DNA of 64,000 nt from Tricharina praecox (Eukaryota). The translations under genes were made by a program, and so were the position numbers. The notes under the pieces are model-generated. The model searched no databases, was not told the origin of the DNA, and saw nothing but the letters and a program-made list of their open reading frames with translations. Where the stretch lies: NCBI RefSeq assembly GCF_024521635.1, contig NW_026250413.1, positions 620,001 to 684,000 of the forward strand. Reading direction: 5' to 3'. Position 1 is the stretch's first letter. Each line of letters begins with the position of its first letter. Shown here in pieces: positions 1 to 14,415 of the stretch.

Positions 1-191
1 CGCGCTAATTCGGCAACAAACAACCCTGGCAACAATCCTATTGTTGGTGGGTACGTTGCGGCGATTTCGGGTGGCAGCGTTCCCACTCCAAAATCATCGC
101 CCTCTTTTCTCCTAGTTCCTCCGCTCCTACCCCCCCCCCAACACTCCTCTCCTCTCATTCCATCCTATACCCCCCCTCCCACCAACCCATC

Positions 192-2200
<2,009 letters not shown>

Positions 2201-2772
2201 TAATTGAGAGGGGGGTCGGTAAAATGTACTCTTAGTTGTCGTCTAGAATTTTTTCAAGCCTGTTTGCCAAAAATGTTCAGTGAATATAGGGTGCGGACGT
2301 TGTGACACTTGGGTGACTTGTTGAATGGAGTACATAAGAGAAGTGAATAGTTTGGCAGGGCAGGGCAGGGCAGGTACATATAACTCAATTCCAGCCCACG
2401 GTTGATACTGGTGACTGACCTGTGGGGTAGACAGACAGAGCCCAGCTGCTATGTACCCGTTGGTGTAGACCTCCCTCCTCTATCTTATCGATCAAAAACG
2501 CCCGGCCGGTTGCCGGCTTTCTTCCAAGGCTGTGCAGTCTTGTTATCCCACCTCAGCCACTAACATCCAATACTGACGTAACCGTTCCCACATGATACCG
2601 GTACATTATGTAGGTAGGTACCTCGCCACCAAGGAAACAACATCCAATCCAAATATTTTGGATACCAAGTATTTGCGTTCGTTCATACTTAATAAAACCC
2701 CCGTTTCCTTCTCCATATCCAAACGACCTCGAACATCACCACAAACACACCACAATAGAAGCGCAAAACAAC

Positions 2773-3723
2773 ATGTCATTCCGCGACACAAACACAGCAG
2801 ACCCCTTCTCCGCGCCCCCGCCGCCGGGCCCGCCCCCGCCCTCGCTGCCGGAGGGATGGCTCGCCAAGTGGGACGATAATTATCGGCAGTACTACTACGT
2901 CAATCTGTATACCAAGAAGAGCCAGTGGGAAATTCCTACGGTTGCTGCGATGGGGGCGGGTGGCAATGGTATGTACACAGCAGCAGTAGATGGTGGCAGG
3001 TGGCAGGTGGCAGGTAGCTGATGGCTGATGTTTCCAGGCGATCCGCCACCATATGGTGCACGGCCATCATCGGCGGGCTACATCGACGGCAGATCAAAGT
3101 CCTCGCAAAGCCAGGGCTACAACGATCGCCATGCCAGCCAGGGCCAGGGCTACACCACTTCAGACACCAAGCCCGCGCAGCAGAAATACGAATCCCTTCT
3201 TTCACCACCATCCAGCAGCCACATACCCGCGCACTCCCCGGCACATTCACCTGCAACCTCTGACCACGCCGTCCCGCGCACCTCTGGTAGTGGTGGCCTA
3301 GGCGCGAAGATATCCAATTTCCTCAAGTCCCACTCGCCGCAGCCACGGCCGTATCCGCAACAGTATCCGCAGCAGCAGCAGGAGCAGGCGTACTACTACG
3401 GCGGCGGGGGTGGCTATCCGCCACAGCAGCAGCAGCAGCAGTACGGGTATCCGCCCATGATGATGGGCGGTTCCATGATGGGCAACGGGGGCATTATGGG
3501 CGGCAGAAGACGGCGCCCCGGCGGCGGTGGAGGACTGGGCATGGCGGGCGGCGCGGGACTAGGCCTGGGCGCCGGCATGCTCGGCGGGATGATGCTGGGC
3601 GGCGCGCTGGCGGATGATAGGCAGGACTCGTATCAGGATGGGTATCAGGACGGCATGGAGGGGGATGGGGATTATGGCGGTGGTGGGGATTTTGGGGGTG
3701 GGGATTTTGGTGGGGATTTTTAG
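2773..3723 (+). CDS. WW-domain protein with Q/G/Y-rich low-complexity C-terminus (Wwm1-like)
   Basis: WW domain LPEGWLAKWDDNYRQYYYVNLYTKKSQWEIP. Intron 2969-3037 (GTATGT...GCTGAT...CAG) joins the two ORFs. C-terminus GLGAGMLGGMMLG...GGGDFGGDF is typical of fungal Wwm1-like proteins. Confidence 0.85.
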
Positions 3724-4308
3724 GATATGTATGGGACTTGGGTGTGGGATACGGGTAATATGGGGGTTGCTTTGGGTTTGATTTTCGGATGGGTGGGTGG
3801 GTGGGTGGGGGGGGGGGGGGGTTGCACTTATGTACACGATGGGTTGTACTTGCTTTGGGGCGGATGTAAGATGAATTGAGAGCTGGACGCGAAAAGACAT
3901 CTATATGGACGCATGCTTCTCGTCTTTGGGGGTAGAATCAATGATATTCATTGTATTCTGCACACAAATCCATCACATCACAATCCTCCATTCACTCAAA
4001 CTCAGACATTGGACTACCTACTTTGGTACCCTTACACCAGAGATAATCGATAGAGTAATAAAACCCCCCAGGCTTCCATTCCCACTCCGCCCTACTCTTC
4101 ATACTGCCCGTAGCAAAAAGTAGTCAAAACTTCCATTAAGAAACGGTATCCCTAATCTATCATCCTTCTTTCCCCCCAGCATCGTCTCCAAAGCCACCAC
4201 ACGGGTGCAATCAATCAATCATCAATCACCTCCTCTGCAAGAAAAGAACCACAGAATCCGTCAGCTCAGCAAAAAAACACCTCCATTACCCTCCAGCTCC
4301 TCCTCCTA

Positions 4309-7300
4309 TTACCTACCGCTCCAGCCCTACAACAATGCCGCCCGAAAAATGAAGTAAAAAAAAAACAAAGAAAATAAAAAGTGAAAGAATGTCAACATAC
4401 AATCGATCCATCTAACGCATTCCTCTGCTGATTGAGCCAGCTAGTGGGTGCGTCGCTCCTCCGGAGCAGCACCACGCTGTTCAGCTGTAGTCGGCTGGCC
4501 TGGTCATGGTACGCCGTAGCCATAAGTAAATTTTCGCGTTCCAGGAGTTCGAGCTCTTCTTCCTTCTTTCTCTGCACGGTACGCAAGGAACGTCAATAAA
4601 CTCCCAATGATTACGCTGGACGGGTTGGATGCAGATGCTTTCAATATTGCAGAAGAAGGTGGTTTGGGTGCTTGAGGTGTGGATGATGATGTGGCAGTAG
4701 CAGCAGCAGTGGCAGAGGATATAATTTGTGTTTGTGCGTCTTGTTTTATGTTTGTCGAAAAGGACAAGGTGGTGGAGGGGGGGCGTGGAACCTTAAGCTC
4801 TAGATATCGCTCCTCCATGGCTTGCAGTTTTTCGTCCGAGTCGGCCGCTCGCGCTGCTTCGAGTTGCTCTGTGAGGTCTTTGATTGTGGCGTTTTGCTTT
4901 TTGATGAACTGGAGAACAACGAAACGAAAACGGAATCACGTCAGCCATCACCCATCTCCTGCTTGTTGTGGGGAAAGGGGGAAACGTACGGCTTTGGACT
5001 TGGTCATCTTCTCCCGTCGGTCCTCGAGCTTGTTCTGGAGTTCTCGCACGTGCTTCTCCAACGCTCCATCGGCGCCGCCGATGCTTCCTTCGAACGCGGC
5101 AATCGTCTCCTTGAGATCCGAAAGCGCCTGCTCCTTCTCGAACAGAAGGTCCTTTTGCTCGGTCATCTTCGTCGAGAGTGCATCTTTCTCGAGCAGCACA
5201 CGTTCGAGGAGCGACTCCTTTGTCCGTAAGTCCGACTCGAGGTCCTTGACCCTGCTCTGAAGTTCCGCGTGCACTGTTTGCAGCTCTGCGAGATCCGAGT
5301 TTGCTTCCGCCTTAAGCTTATCCAGCGCTTCGAGCTGGTCGGCACCAACCAAGCTCACTATTCACCTCGGATTAGCAGCATGAAACATAAACTACGGATA
5401 GACCAGCCTGGGGCCATACAGTCCGACTGTGCAGTGACAAGAGCTCGTTTGGTAGTAGCCAACTCTGCTTCCAACTCCGATACCTTGATCTTAATCTCCG
5501 ACAACTGGGATTGGCTGTCCACGTAGCTCTGGCGCAGCTTGAGCATGACCTCCGAGCTATAGATACAGTCAACAACCGAGAAGAACCATTTCGGGGGTGT
5601 GTATTCGTATATACCCTTCGTTCGCGGTACCAGAACGGATCATGGCCAGCTGCGACTCGGCTACCAGCTTGGCCATATTGGCCTCCAGGTAGTCGTGCTC
5701 GAGCTTGTCCCGTGCTCTTGTTGCGTCCTCGAGCATGTGTTGCAAGACGACATTGTCAGCACCGACACCGCCGCTGTCCTTAAGATGTCGGATTTCAGCC
5801 TCCAGGCTGGCAATCTTGAGCTTCCTGAGGTATCGTCAGCAAATAAGCATCATCCGGATGGATTTTGTCAACACGCACATATCCGCCTTAGTCCTTGTCG
5901 AGTACGCCAACTCTGAACCGAGATCACCACCATATTCCTCGGCGGCTTCCGACACCAGTCCACTCTCCAGCTCCCGGATCTTCTCCTCGAGATTTCGTAT
6001 CCGCTCCTGGTCTTTCGTCTTCTGGTACTCGGCGCCATCGGATCTGGATAGTAATATCTGCTTCTCCGACTCCAGCGAGTTCTTCGTCCTCGACATCTCG
6101 GCACAGTCATTCTCCAGCCGCGCGACCTGTTTCTTGTACTGCTCGATGGTCCGCTTCAGTCCGGACACCTGTTTTGCGCTCTCCTCGGCAGCACGGAGCT
6201 CCTTCGACATGCGAGCATGCTGCTCCTCCATGATCTTCATCTGTTGCTCCAGGTCGCCCATGCTCTCGAGCTTCCTGCGGTACTTCTCCGTGACGTTGAG
6301 GTGTTTGGTGAGCTGGTCGATCTTGTGATTCGCCTCGTCCAGGTCGTCTTTGTACTTCATACCATCCCTCGCCCTCGGTTCGAGATCCTCAATCTGCGGG
6401 CTTTAGCAGGCACTCTCGTTGTCGATGACGGACGGGTACAGACTGTTCGTTCTTGCTTGGCGATCTTATGATCCTTGGTAGAAATCTCCTCCTCTTTATC
6501 GAAGATCTTGTCCTCGAGCTTCTGGACCTCATCCTGCAGCTCGTTGACGCGGAACTGAAGCCGTTCACCCCGATCATCATACTCCTGGCTATCTCTGGGC
6601 CTCCGATGAGACAGTTCCTCGATACGGGCTTGGGACTCCTCCTGTACAGAGTTTTCAGTCAGCCCCCATTGTCGAGCTGATGGTGGGATTGAACTACTAC
6701 GTACGAGCTGGGACTCCAAGCTCGATAACCTCCGCCGAAGCATTTTGTTCTCGTTTTCGACGGTTTCTCGATCTCCTACAATTCGTGCTAGCTCCTCCTC
6801 CATGCGGAATTGATCAATATCCGTTGGCCTGGTCACCCGTTAGATATGCAAACACGGATAGCACAATCTGGGGGCTTTACGCATCGCCGCTCTTGCTGCT
6901 GTCTCCATCATCCGCTTGATCCAGTAAGATCATCTATACCCATAAGCCTAGTCCAATAGCATCCGCAACCGCAACTCGGACATACCTCGTTGAGGATATT
7001 CATCATCTCCGTCTGCGAGCTCGGCGACAGAGCCTGGATCATCGCGATAAAATCCTCCTTCCGGTCACTCAGGACTGCCGTGGCGACAATAATTTTCGCG
7101 AGCTATAATCCATTAGCCCACCTCTTGTCTCCACCCCCGACCACCACCCCCCTTCCCCTTTGATCAAGTCGTGCGTACCTTGATAGTCTCCTCCACATTC
7201 GAGTCCTTCGCGATGGCCGTGAGATTCGGTGCCGGCGAGGGTAGTCGATGCCCGAGGGTCTCCGTATAGTACTTCGACAGGTCCTTATGTAGTTTCCTCA

Positions 7301-7738
7301 CTGCACCCATAAACATCAGCTTCCCCTCTCTTTAACCCCCACTATCTCTCCGTTGGCCAGGAGAACCCACGCATCTGGAACTTCCATAGCCAGTTCTTGA
7401 CCGCCGCCCCCGTATCACTGGGGTCACCCGAGATCTTGAAATAGCTCGGGTCGATGTCCTCTGTAGATTCCGGCGCACAGTTAGCTCTACATCCTGCGCT
7501 CCGGACGAGGGGTGGTCGAGGGGTATGTGGACGGACGTAGGACTTTGGCGATCGTGCTGCCATCGGAGAGGTCGGTGAGGGTTTCGATCTTCGGGCTGAT
7601 GGGACAGGAGTTGAACTGCACGAGCCGAGCGGGGGGTAGGTTCGTGAGCACATGTATACTTCAATTTACGCTGGGGCGAAACGGATGGAAACGTACCCAA
7701 TCCACAAGAGCTGCCGCAACGGCTCGTTCCGAGCCCAT
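4309..7738 (-). CDS. HOOK-family microtubule/early-endosome dynein adaptor (HookA/Hok1-like), multi-exon
   Basis: Spliced N-terminus MGSERAVAAALVDW|FNSCP...LSDGSTIAKVL...PNLTAIAKDSNVEETIK resembles a Hook domain. Long coiled coil follows (KYKDDLDE..., EKYRRKLE), then C-terminal RENLLMATAYHDQASRLQ...PTSWLNQQR. The 3' end is uncertain: 4392 if unspliced, 4309 with a final intron. Confidence 0.85.
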
Positions 7739-8314
7739 GGCGAAGGTTACGCGTGGAAGCTCAGTCGCGATGGTCTGGTGATGGTGGTTGATCGGTACTT
7801 AAGTGGGTTGGTGGAAGGCGCGGGGGCGTGTGTTGTCGCGAAGGGAGGAGGACGCTCTCGAGTTCCCGAATCCCAGTGCAGGGTGGTCAGGGCTCTTGTT
7901 CTCCCATGCTCCACCACCACCACAAGCACCACCACCACCACTTGTCTCAAGCAACAGGACGCTAAGCGCTTGCGGCAGTGGGCCGTTCCTCGTTTCGCTC
8001 AGCTGGAGCATGCAACTTGGTGATGGTCGGATCCCCTCTGTTTACCGGAATGAACCGTTATATCCCCAGATTGTTGGCATTCACAGCTTCCCTTGAGTAC
8101 TATCGTACATACAACATCCATTTAAATGATCGTGCCGACGGAAACAAATTGATGATTTCCCCAGACTTGCGGTCAGACGCTTGATCTCTCTACAGCAGCA
8201 GGCAGGAGCCATGACAAAAAGCACTTTGCAGCTATCTATCAGGTTCATGCACCAAACCCCAAGACCAAACACCTGAAACAAAAGGGAAGAACGGCCTCCG
8301 ACGATAGGCAAAGC

Positions 8315-8701
8315 TTAAAACATAACATCGACAATACCCGCATCCACCAGCAATAAAACAAACAACAGCAGCATCGGAAGAAAAGCAGCTAAAAGCAGCG
8401 ATACGCCATTCGTATTTACGCCGCGTGCCCCTGCAGAAGTCGCTGCAGGCGAAGGAACTGACGTTGACGACGCAGCAGCAGAAGCCGAAAAAGAAGAAGA
8501 AAACGAAGAAGAGGAAGAAGTCGAGAACGAAGAGAACGAAGACGATTCCGAAGGAGAAGACATATCCGCCGTCTCCGTGGAGCTTCCTTGCACAGCAGTC
8601 GACGTTATCGTTGTTTGCGGGGTAGCAGCAGTACTGTCAACCACACTGGAAGTTACACCCTCCGTCGTTCCAGTGCTCGTGACAATACTGCTGGCCTCAT
8701 C
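8315..8701 (-). other. In-frame post-stop extension of the I9 gene: Ser/Thr-rich stalk plus putative GPI-anchor signal
   Basis: 128 sense codons directly after the TAG at 8704-8702: DEASSIVTSTGTTEG...SSSSFSSS...AATSAGARGVNTNGVSLLLAAFLPMLLLFVLLLVDAGIVDVMF*. It has no signal peptide of its own. Confidence 0.65.
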
Positions 8702-9123
8702 CTAGCTCTGAATTGTCACCTGTTCGCGATGCTATCAGCTTCCGTACGCTAGTAGCCGTAAGGTGAGTAGATGTAATGCGACGTACGACCTGATCCTCCT
8801 CGATCGAGGGTTTGTTCTCGGACAAACTCTGGGCCTTGACCCTGTAGGTCTCCATGGTCTCCTCGGGCGACTCGATGGCGAAGCCTTGGATCAGCGCTGC
8901 ACGGGAGGTTAGCTTAGCTAAGCCGGGAGAGCGAAGGCACTCTCGGAAAACACTCACAGTAGCGATGGAGGAGCTTGGCTCCGCCGGCTACCAACTCAGC
9001 AAGGGCATCGTCGACCACCTGACTGGAAGTATTGTTGGGAAAGGTGACGATATATTTCTTGTTGGCGGCGGCTACCATGACAGCAAAGCTGAGCAGGGCG
9101 GCGGCGACAGTAATGAGCTTCAT
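8702..9123 (-). CDS. Small secreted peptidase inhibitor I9 (subtilisin propeptide-like), 3 exons
   Basis: Signal peptide MKLITVAAALLSFAVMVAA, then KKYIVTF...GGAKLLHRY|SLIQGFAI...PSIEEDQV|VTIQS*. Introns 8897-8957 (GTGAGT..GCTAAC..CAG) and 8720-8786 (GTACGT..GCTGAT..CAG). The YIVTF / HRY / GF / IEEDQVVT pattern is the I9 signature. Confidence 0.85.
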
Positions 9124-9965
9124 GATTTCGATTTTCGTGGTGGTTGATACCGCTGGGAGGATTGTTTCTGAATGGGTTGAGGTGAAGTACGAGCAATAGC
9201 AATGGTGTGAGTTGTAGTCGTTGCGTGGGGAGTTGGTGGCGAGAAGGAGGGAGGGAGGTGGGGAGTGTTCCATGATATCAGGGCGCGGAAACAGTGATGC
9301 GCAAGCTCCTAGCACGTGATCTTAAGCCTAGCCATTCAAGTGTCGAGGTTCCCTTCTGAACCTACGGGGCGAAACTCTAGGATGCTCCGTCGCATTTCTC
9401 TTCTCCAGTAGATAGACCAGAATGTACTTGGTAACTTAGCAGGCACCAGCAGAACCACATTCCTCTCTGAAACTCCTGAATCCGGCGAACAGCTGTGCAT
9501 CATGTCGTGCATCTCATTTTCACATCCTGGTTTCGGCCACTTCCACAGACATTGCGTGAGTGATAACCAATGATTGCTCCTTACCCACAGTGCACACCCT
9601 GCCTGCGATTCTACAATACATGTGAGCATCTATTCTAACGCGCGTTCAAAACTCTCTTCTATCGTGTTGTCATAGAATTATCTACAGCCATATGATAGCA
9701 CATAGAGCAATAAACTTGGATCAGCGAGCCCGGAACTTAAATGTTAGCTCACGCCAAGGCCCCTGTGTTCTAGGATGATGCGGCAATGAAATGTCAACGC
9801 CAACTGGAACCTGTCCTCATCAACAGTGGGCTTGAGCTACACAAACAAACAAGGCAATAATAATCGTGAATTTACCGCACACACGACACGACATCTACGA
9901 CAGGTTCACGACCAGTTCGCGACACTACTCCACAGCTAAACTGAGCTAAACACCCATCCACAGCC

Positions 9966-10768
9966 ATGGTTAAATCCACACAGATCGCGCGTCTCGACGG
10001 TATCCACACCTTAGCCCTGGCTTCGAGCTCCCAACTGACTTGAACTTCCACCAGGCGTACCCCTCGCCGCCTCCGTAGACGACGACCAAGCCGAAGCCGA
10101 ACTCTCCGAAATCAAGGGGCAAGTGAAGTACATCTTCCGACAGCTCAACAACGACAGCGAGCCACAGGCCTCAATCGAGAGCGGACCCTTCACGATACAG
10201 TCTTTCCCCCCTCCACTCCCCCCCCCCGACACAGACTAACCCGTCACAGCTACATAATACAATCCCACATCTGCTACGTATGCATCTGCGAGCGCAGCTA
10301 CCCGCGCAAGCTCGCGTTCACCTACCTCTCGGACATCGCGACGGAATTCCAAAACTCGTACGGGCAGGAAGCGATGTCGCCCAACCTGCGACCGTACGCG
10401 TTCGTGCAGTTCGACACGTTCATGCAGCGAACCAAACGGACCTATCAGGATACGCGGGCGACGGCGAATCTGGACCGGCTGAATGACGATCTCAAGGATG
10501 TGACGAGGGTCATGACGAAGAACATCGAGGACCTGCTGTACCGAGGGGATTCGCTGGAGAGGATGGGCGATATGAGCTCAAGGCTGAGGGATGAGAGTAA
10601 GAAGTATAAGAGAGCGGCGGTGAGGATAAATTGGGAGCATATGTTGAAGCAGGTATGTTGTGTTCGTGTGGACAGTGGGAGGGGATGGTGACTGACAATG
10701 AATAGTATGGTCCTATAGGTGGCTTTGCGTTCATCATGCTGGTGTTCATCTGGTGGAGGTTCTTTTAA
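9966..10768 (+). CDS. SEC22: ER-Golgi R-SNARE Sec22
   Basis: MVKSTQIARLDG|VPLAASVDD longin domain, YPRKLAFTYLSDI, RPYAFVQFDTF, SNARE motif DVTRVMTKNIEDLLYRGDSLE, and C-terminal TM YGPIGGFAFIMLVFIWWRFF*. Three GT-AG introns. Confidence 0.96.
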
Positions 10769-11634
10769 CCATACGGTGTAGAGGTGTGATTTGGTACCTG
10801 CGGCTGGCGTTTTGTCTTGTCTTGCACTTCTCTGGGCTTTTCGTTCTCTAGCCAACCCGATATCGAGGCTAGACACCGATCAATACATTGTTCTATCAAC
10901 CCCATTAACAGTTTCCGTCTTTTGGGATCTTTTGCGGAGAGAATAAGCGGGTCTTTCTGTTCGACTGCTACTTTTGCGTTGCGCTACCATGTCTTTAATA
11001 GTGTATAGTATATCTTATGTAGTATTCTTGAGAATTTTCCGGATGCAGTGTATTCGGAACACCATTTATCTTGGCGGAACAACAGGAACAGAGTGCAACG
11101 GAGTGGCGCAAGAAGCCACCCAGCAGCGAACAAAGGAAACAATCGGGGCATAGCTACAGGAGCGAAATGTAGACATAAGGTGAGGAGTTTTTCTTAAATG
11201 TGGCAGAAGGCTCGTACGGCCAGGGGAAGGTAAGGTCACGTTACCCGATTGGATTTGCACCCGTGATTGAATCTTTTGCAGAAGCCACCAATCCCAGCAT
11301 TTGCTTAACGTGACCTTACCAACTCGCAGCCGAACGAGTAGTGAAGAGGATGAGAGGGTGTGTATGCTCAGCTGCTGTCGCTGGTGCTTTTGCATTGCAC
11401 TGTCACCAGAGATACCATTAGGGAGATCTTGGTTGCTCCTGGCAAAGAACCTCAACTGAGATCCTCACCTCCCTTTGCAAAATCCCTCCATTGGAATTTC
11501 GACCGGATTGGTTTGGATTGTTTGCGGGTGTATAAGTACCAGGTATCGGACTTTTGCCTCGGCCTCCTTGACATATCTACGGACTTGGTTACCACCGTAC
11601 AACAGCTTAAAAATCAAAATTTCTTACTCACGAC

Positions 11635-12729
11635 TTATATCTCATCCTCCTCATCATCGAAATCATCAATCTCCCTATCCGGCGTAAATAGAATTGCGCC
11701 ACCACCCCCAATGCCACCCTCCCTCTGTGCATCAAAATACGGCAATACAACCTCATCCCTTGCCTTCCTCTGACTTTCCGTCAGCCCAAGCTCGAACGTA
11801 CTCATCGGCTCCTCCTCCTCCCCGGCGCCGCCCCGCTGCTTCACAGCCTCACTCTCCTTCCACCGCGGATGATCCTCCAGCAGCATGACCTTCTCCTCCA
11901 CCCCACCAGGGAGCACACTCCTTTTCATCCCGGCCGCCTCCCCCTCCCCGGGCAGGAAAAACCATTCCCCAACGCCCCGTCCACTCTTGCGTCGGTACTC
12001 CAGCTCCAGCACCACGCCTTCGGCAGGATTACTTCCCAGGCCCACGAGCACGCCGTCGACGCCCTCATCGAGCCCATAACCCGGCGGGGCAAGACTTCTA
12101 TCGCGCGCAGCTTTGGCGGCCAACATATGCGTGATCGAATGCACGGTGATGATCGTAGTCGCGAAATACGACAGCAGTGTTAGCGGCTGCGGGGCGGAGT
12201 CGGGATATGCATTTGCGCTGCCCTCGGGCGGGAGGCAGAGGGGCACGTCGGTATGGTACATAGCGACAAGGGTCGTTGTCGGCGACAGCAGCGAGGACAG
12301 GAATGGTGCTAGTGAGGAGGGCGCCGAGGAACACAGCGGGTTGAGGGAGTCGAGGATTAGAAGCGTTTTGCTGCTGCCGTTGGCTGAGCAGGCGGCGAAG
12401 ATCTCTTTTTGTAGGACCGGGATCGGTTTACGCCGTGCGCTGATGAGAGTGGTGATCCCCTGGGGAGGGCTGAATGTCGAAAAGGAAACGAAGACGGTTT
12501 TGCATTTTGCTGTCTGTTTCTGTTAGCTGCCATCACATATCCGGAAAGAAGTGAGGGCGGAAGGTACAATCGCTCGCTCAATATACTCGCGCACGAGAGG
12601 CCTGGATGACTGTGACAGCGAGTCAAGGAGGAGTGTGAACGGGGACGCTGTATCGCGGAGGCTGAGGAGTCGTGACACGAGGAGGAGGTTGTGGGTTCGG
12701 CGATGATCGACGGACTCTGCTGGCGACAT
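11635..12729 (-). CDS. ELP5: Elongator complex subunit 5 (Iki1/Elp5 family)
   Basis: HRRTHNLLLVSRLLSLRD..SPFTLLLDSL, YHTDVP, LEYRRKSGRGV, STFELGLTESQRKARDEVVLPYFDAQ and an acidic end DDFDDEEDEI*. One intron near 12510-12570. Confidence 0.88.
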
Positions 12730-13034
12730 CTTCAATGGTTGGACGAAGCTTGTGGTGATGGTGTGTCAAGTTGTAGTGGATGGTGGGGCGCCGTGAGGCT
12801 CTGTGAGACTTTGGTCCCTGAGATTTCATTGTGCAGAACTCTGCGGCGCTTCACATGGAGAGGCTTCAAGATGTTGCTCTATTACTTGCATTGGAATCTA
12901 TCAAAAACTTCCGAGCAAACACAATCGAGAGAAGAAAACGAGAGTACAAATACAATGATCCGAAAACAATATGCCCATATCGACCCACCCTATCACATCA
13001 TATCATTCGTACCTATGCCCTACATTACCATTGA

Positions 13035-14415
13035 TCAAACCCACTGTCGAGGGTTCTTGAGCACATCCAGCATACGCTGTTCCCTGGAGCCAGGTTCGGG
13101 GGAGTGCATGTACTGCCAGCTAGCGGTCAACGGCAAGCTCATGAGGATAGACTCAACCCTAGCGTTGGGAGTGTTCAGGCCAAATGCGGTACCGCGGTCG
13201 TGGATGAGGTTGAACTCAACGTATCGGCCACGACGGAGCTGCTGCCATTGCTTTTCTTCGGGGGTGAAGGGCATGTCCTGTGATATGAAGTTAATCGGTT
13301 TATATCAGGCAAAGGTGGGGCGGCGGGAAAGGCAGGTACCTTGCGTTTCTCAATGATTGGGAGATAGCCGGGCAGGAACGAGTCCAAGCAGTCAGTGGAG
13401 AACGCCAACAGCTTTTCCGGCTCCCTATCCTCAAGATCATCGAAGAAGATTCCTCCGATTCCGCGGGTCTCGTGACGGTGCTTGACGTAGAAGTAGTCGT
13501 CGCACCACTTCTTGAACCTGGAGTAAAACGCGGGGTCGTGGCGATCGCAAGCTTCCTTGAGGGATTTATGGAAATGGATTGCATCCTCCTCGAAGAGATA
13601 CGAAGGAGTGAGATCGGTCCCTCCGCCGAACCACCAGGCCTTAGTTGTGCCATCATCGTTCATGGTCTCAAAGTAGCGGTAGTTCAGGTGAACCGTTGGA
13701 GCCATAGGATTGCGCGGGTGTAGCACCATACTCAATCCCGCGGCGAAGAAGTCAAGCGAGTCGACAGTAAGATCCAAGCTTTTATGGTGCGCACGCATAT
13801 TCTTCACCGCCGCCGGAGGGAGTTTGCCGTATACAATGGAGATGTTTACGCCAGCCTTCTCGAAAACGTTTCCGTCCTGTAGCACGCAAGAGATTCCTCC
13901 GCCGCCGCCAGCATCAGGCCGGTCCCATTGATCTATCAGGAACTTCTTGCCGTCGACCTTCTCGAGGGCTTCGACGATTTCCTTCTGGCGCTCGCGGATC
14001 ATGGCTTCCATTCGGAGGCGGATGGGAGAGTTTTCGGTGACGCCAGATTCGCGCTTGAGGTTTGAGTCGGCCTGGCTCGTGCGGATGTTGCTTGATGGAG
14101 TTTCGCAGCGTAGAGGCTCCGGCTTCTGGTGGACGTCAGTCGATGAACATGTCTACCCAGGTGACGGTTGCATACCATGGTCATAGCCAGACCTCCGGCG
14201 ACAAACCCAGCGACGATTCCGGTGACTGTAAGGAACGTCATGTGGCGTGATTGGAAGGATGTGCTGTTGAGGCCGCCAGCTTTTATCGACGAAGTAAAGA
14301 AGGAATAACTCCGTCTCTGTGTCGGCTGAGCGACATTCCCACTGAGCTTCGACAAGCTGCGGGCAACTGTCGCACTCGGACTCCCGCCGCGGCGACAGAG
14401 AACACGGAAAGACAT
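13035..14415 (-). CDS. HEM13: Coproporphyrinogen III oxidase (aerobic) with N-terminal presequence/TM
   Basis: Motifs [61 protein letters not shown] and [20 protein letters not shown]. Two introns. Confidence 0.97.

Noticed and set aside
11030-11620. Short ORFs and splice-like signals between SEC22 and ELP5
   Set aside because: No coherent gene model or recognisable motif.
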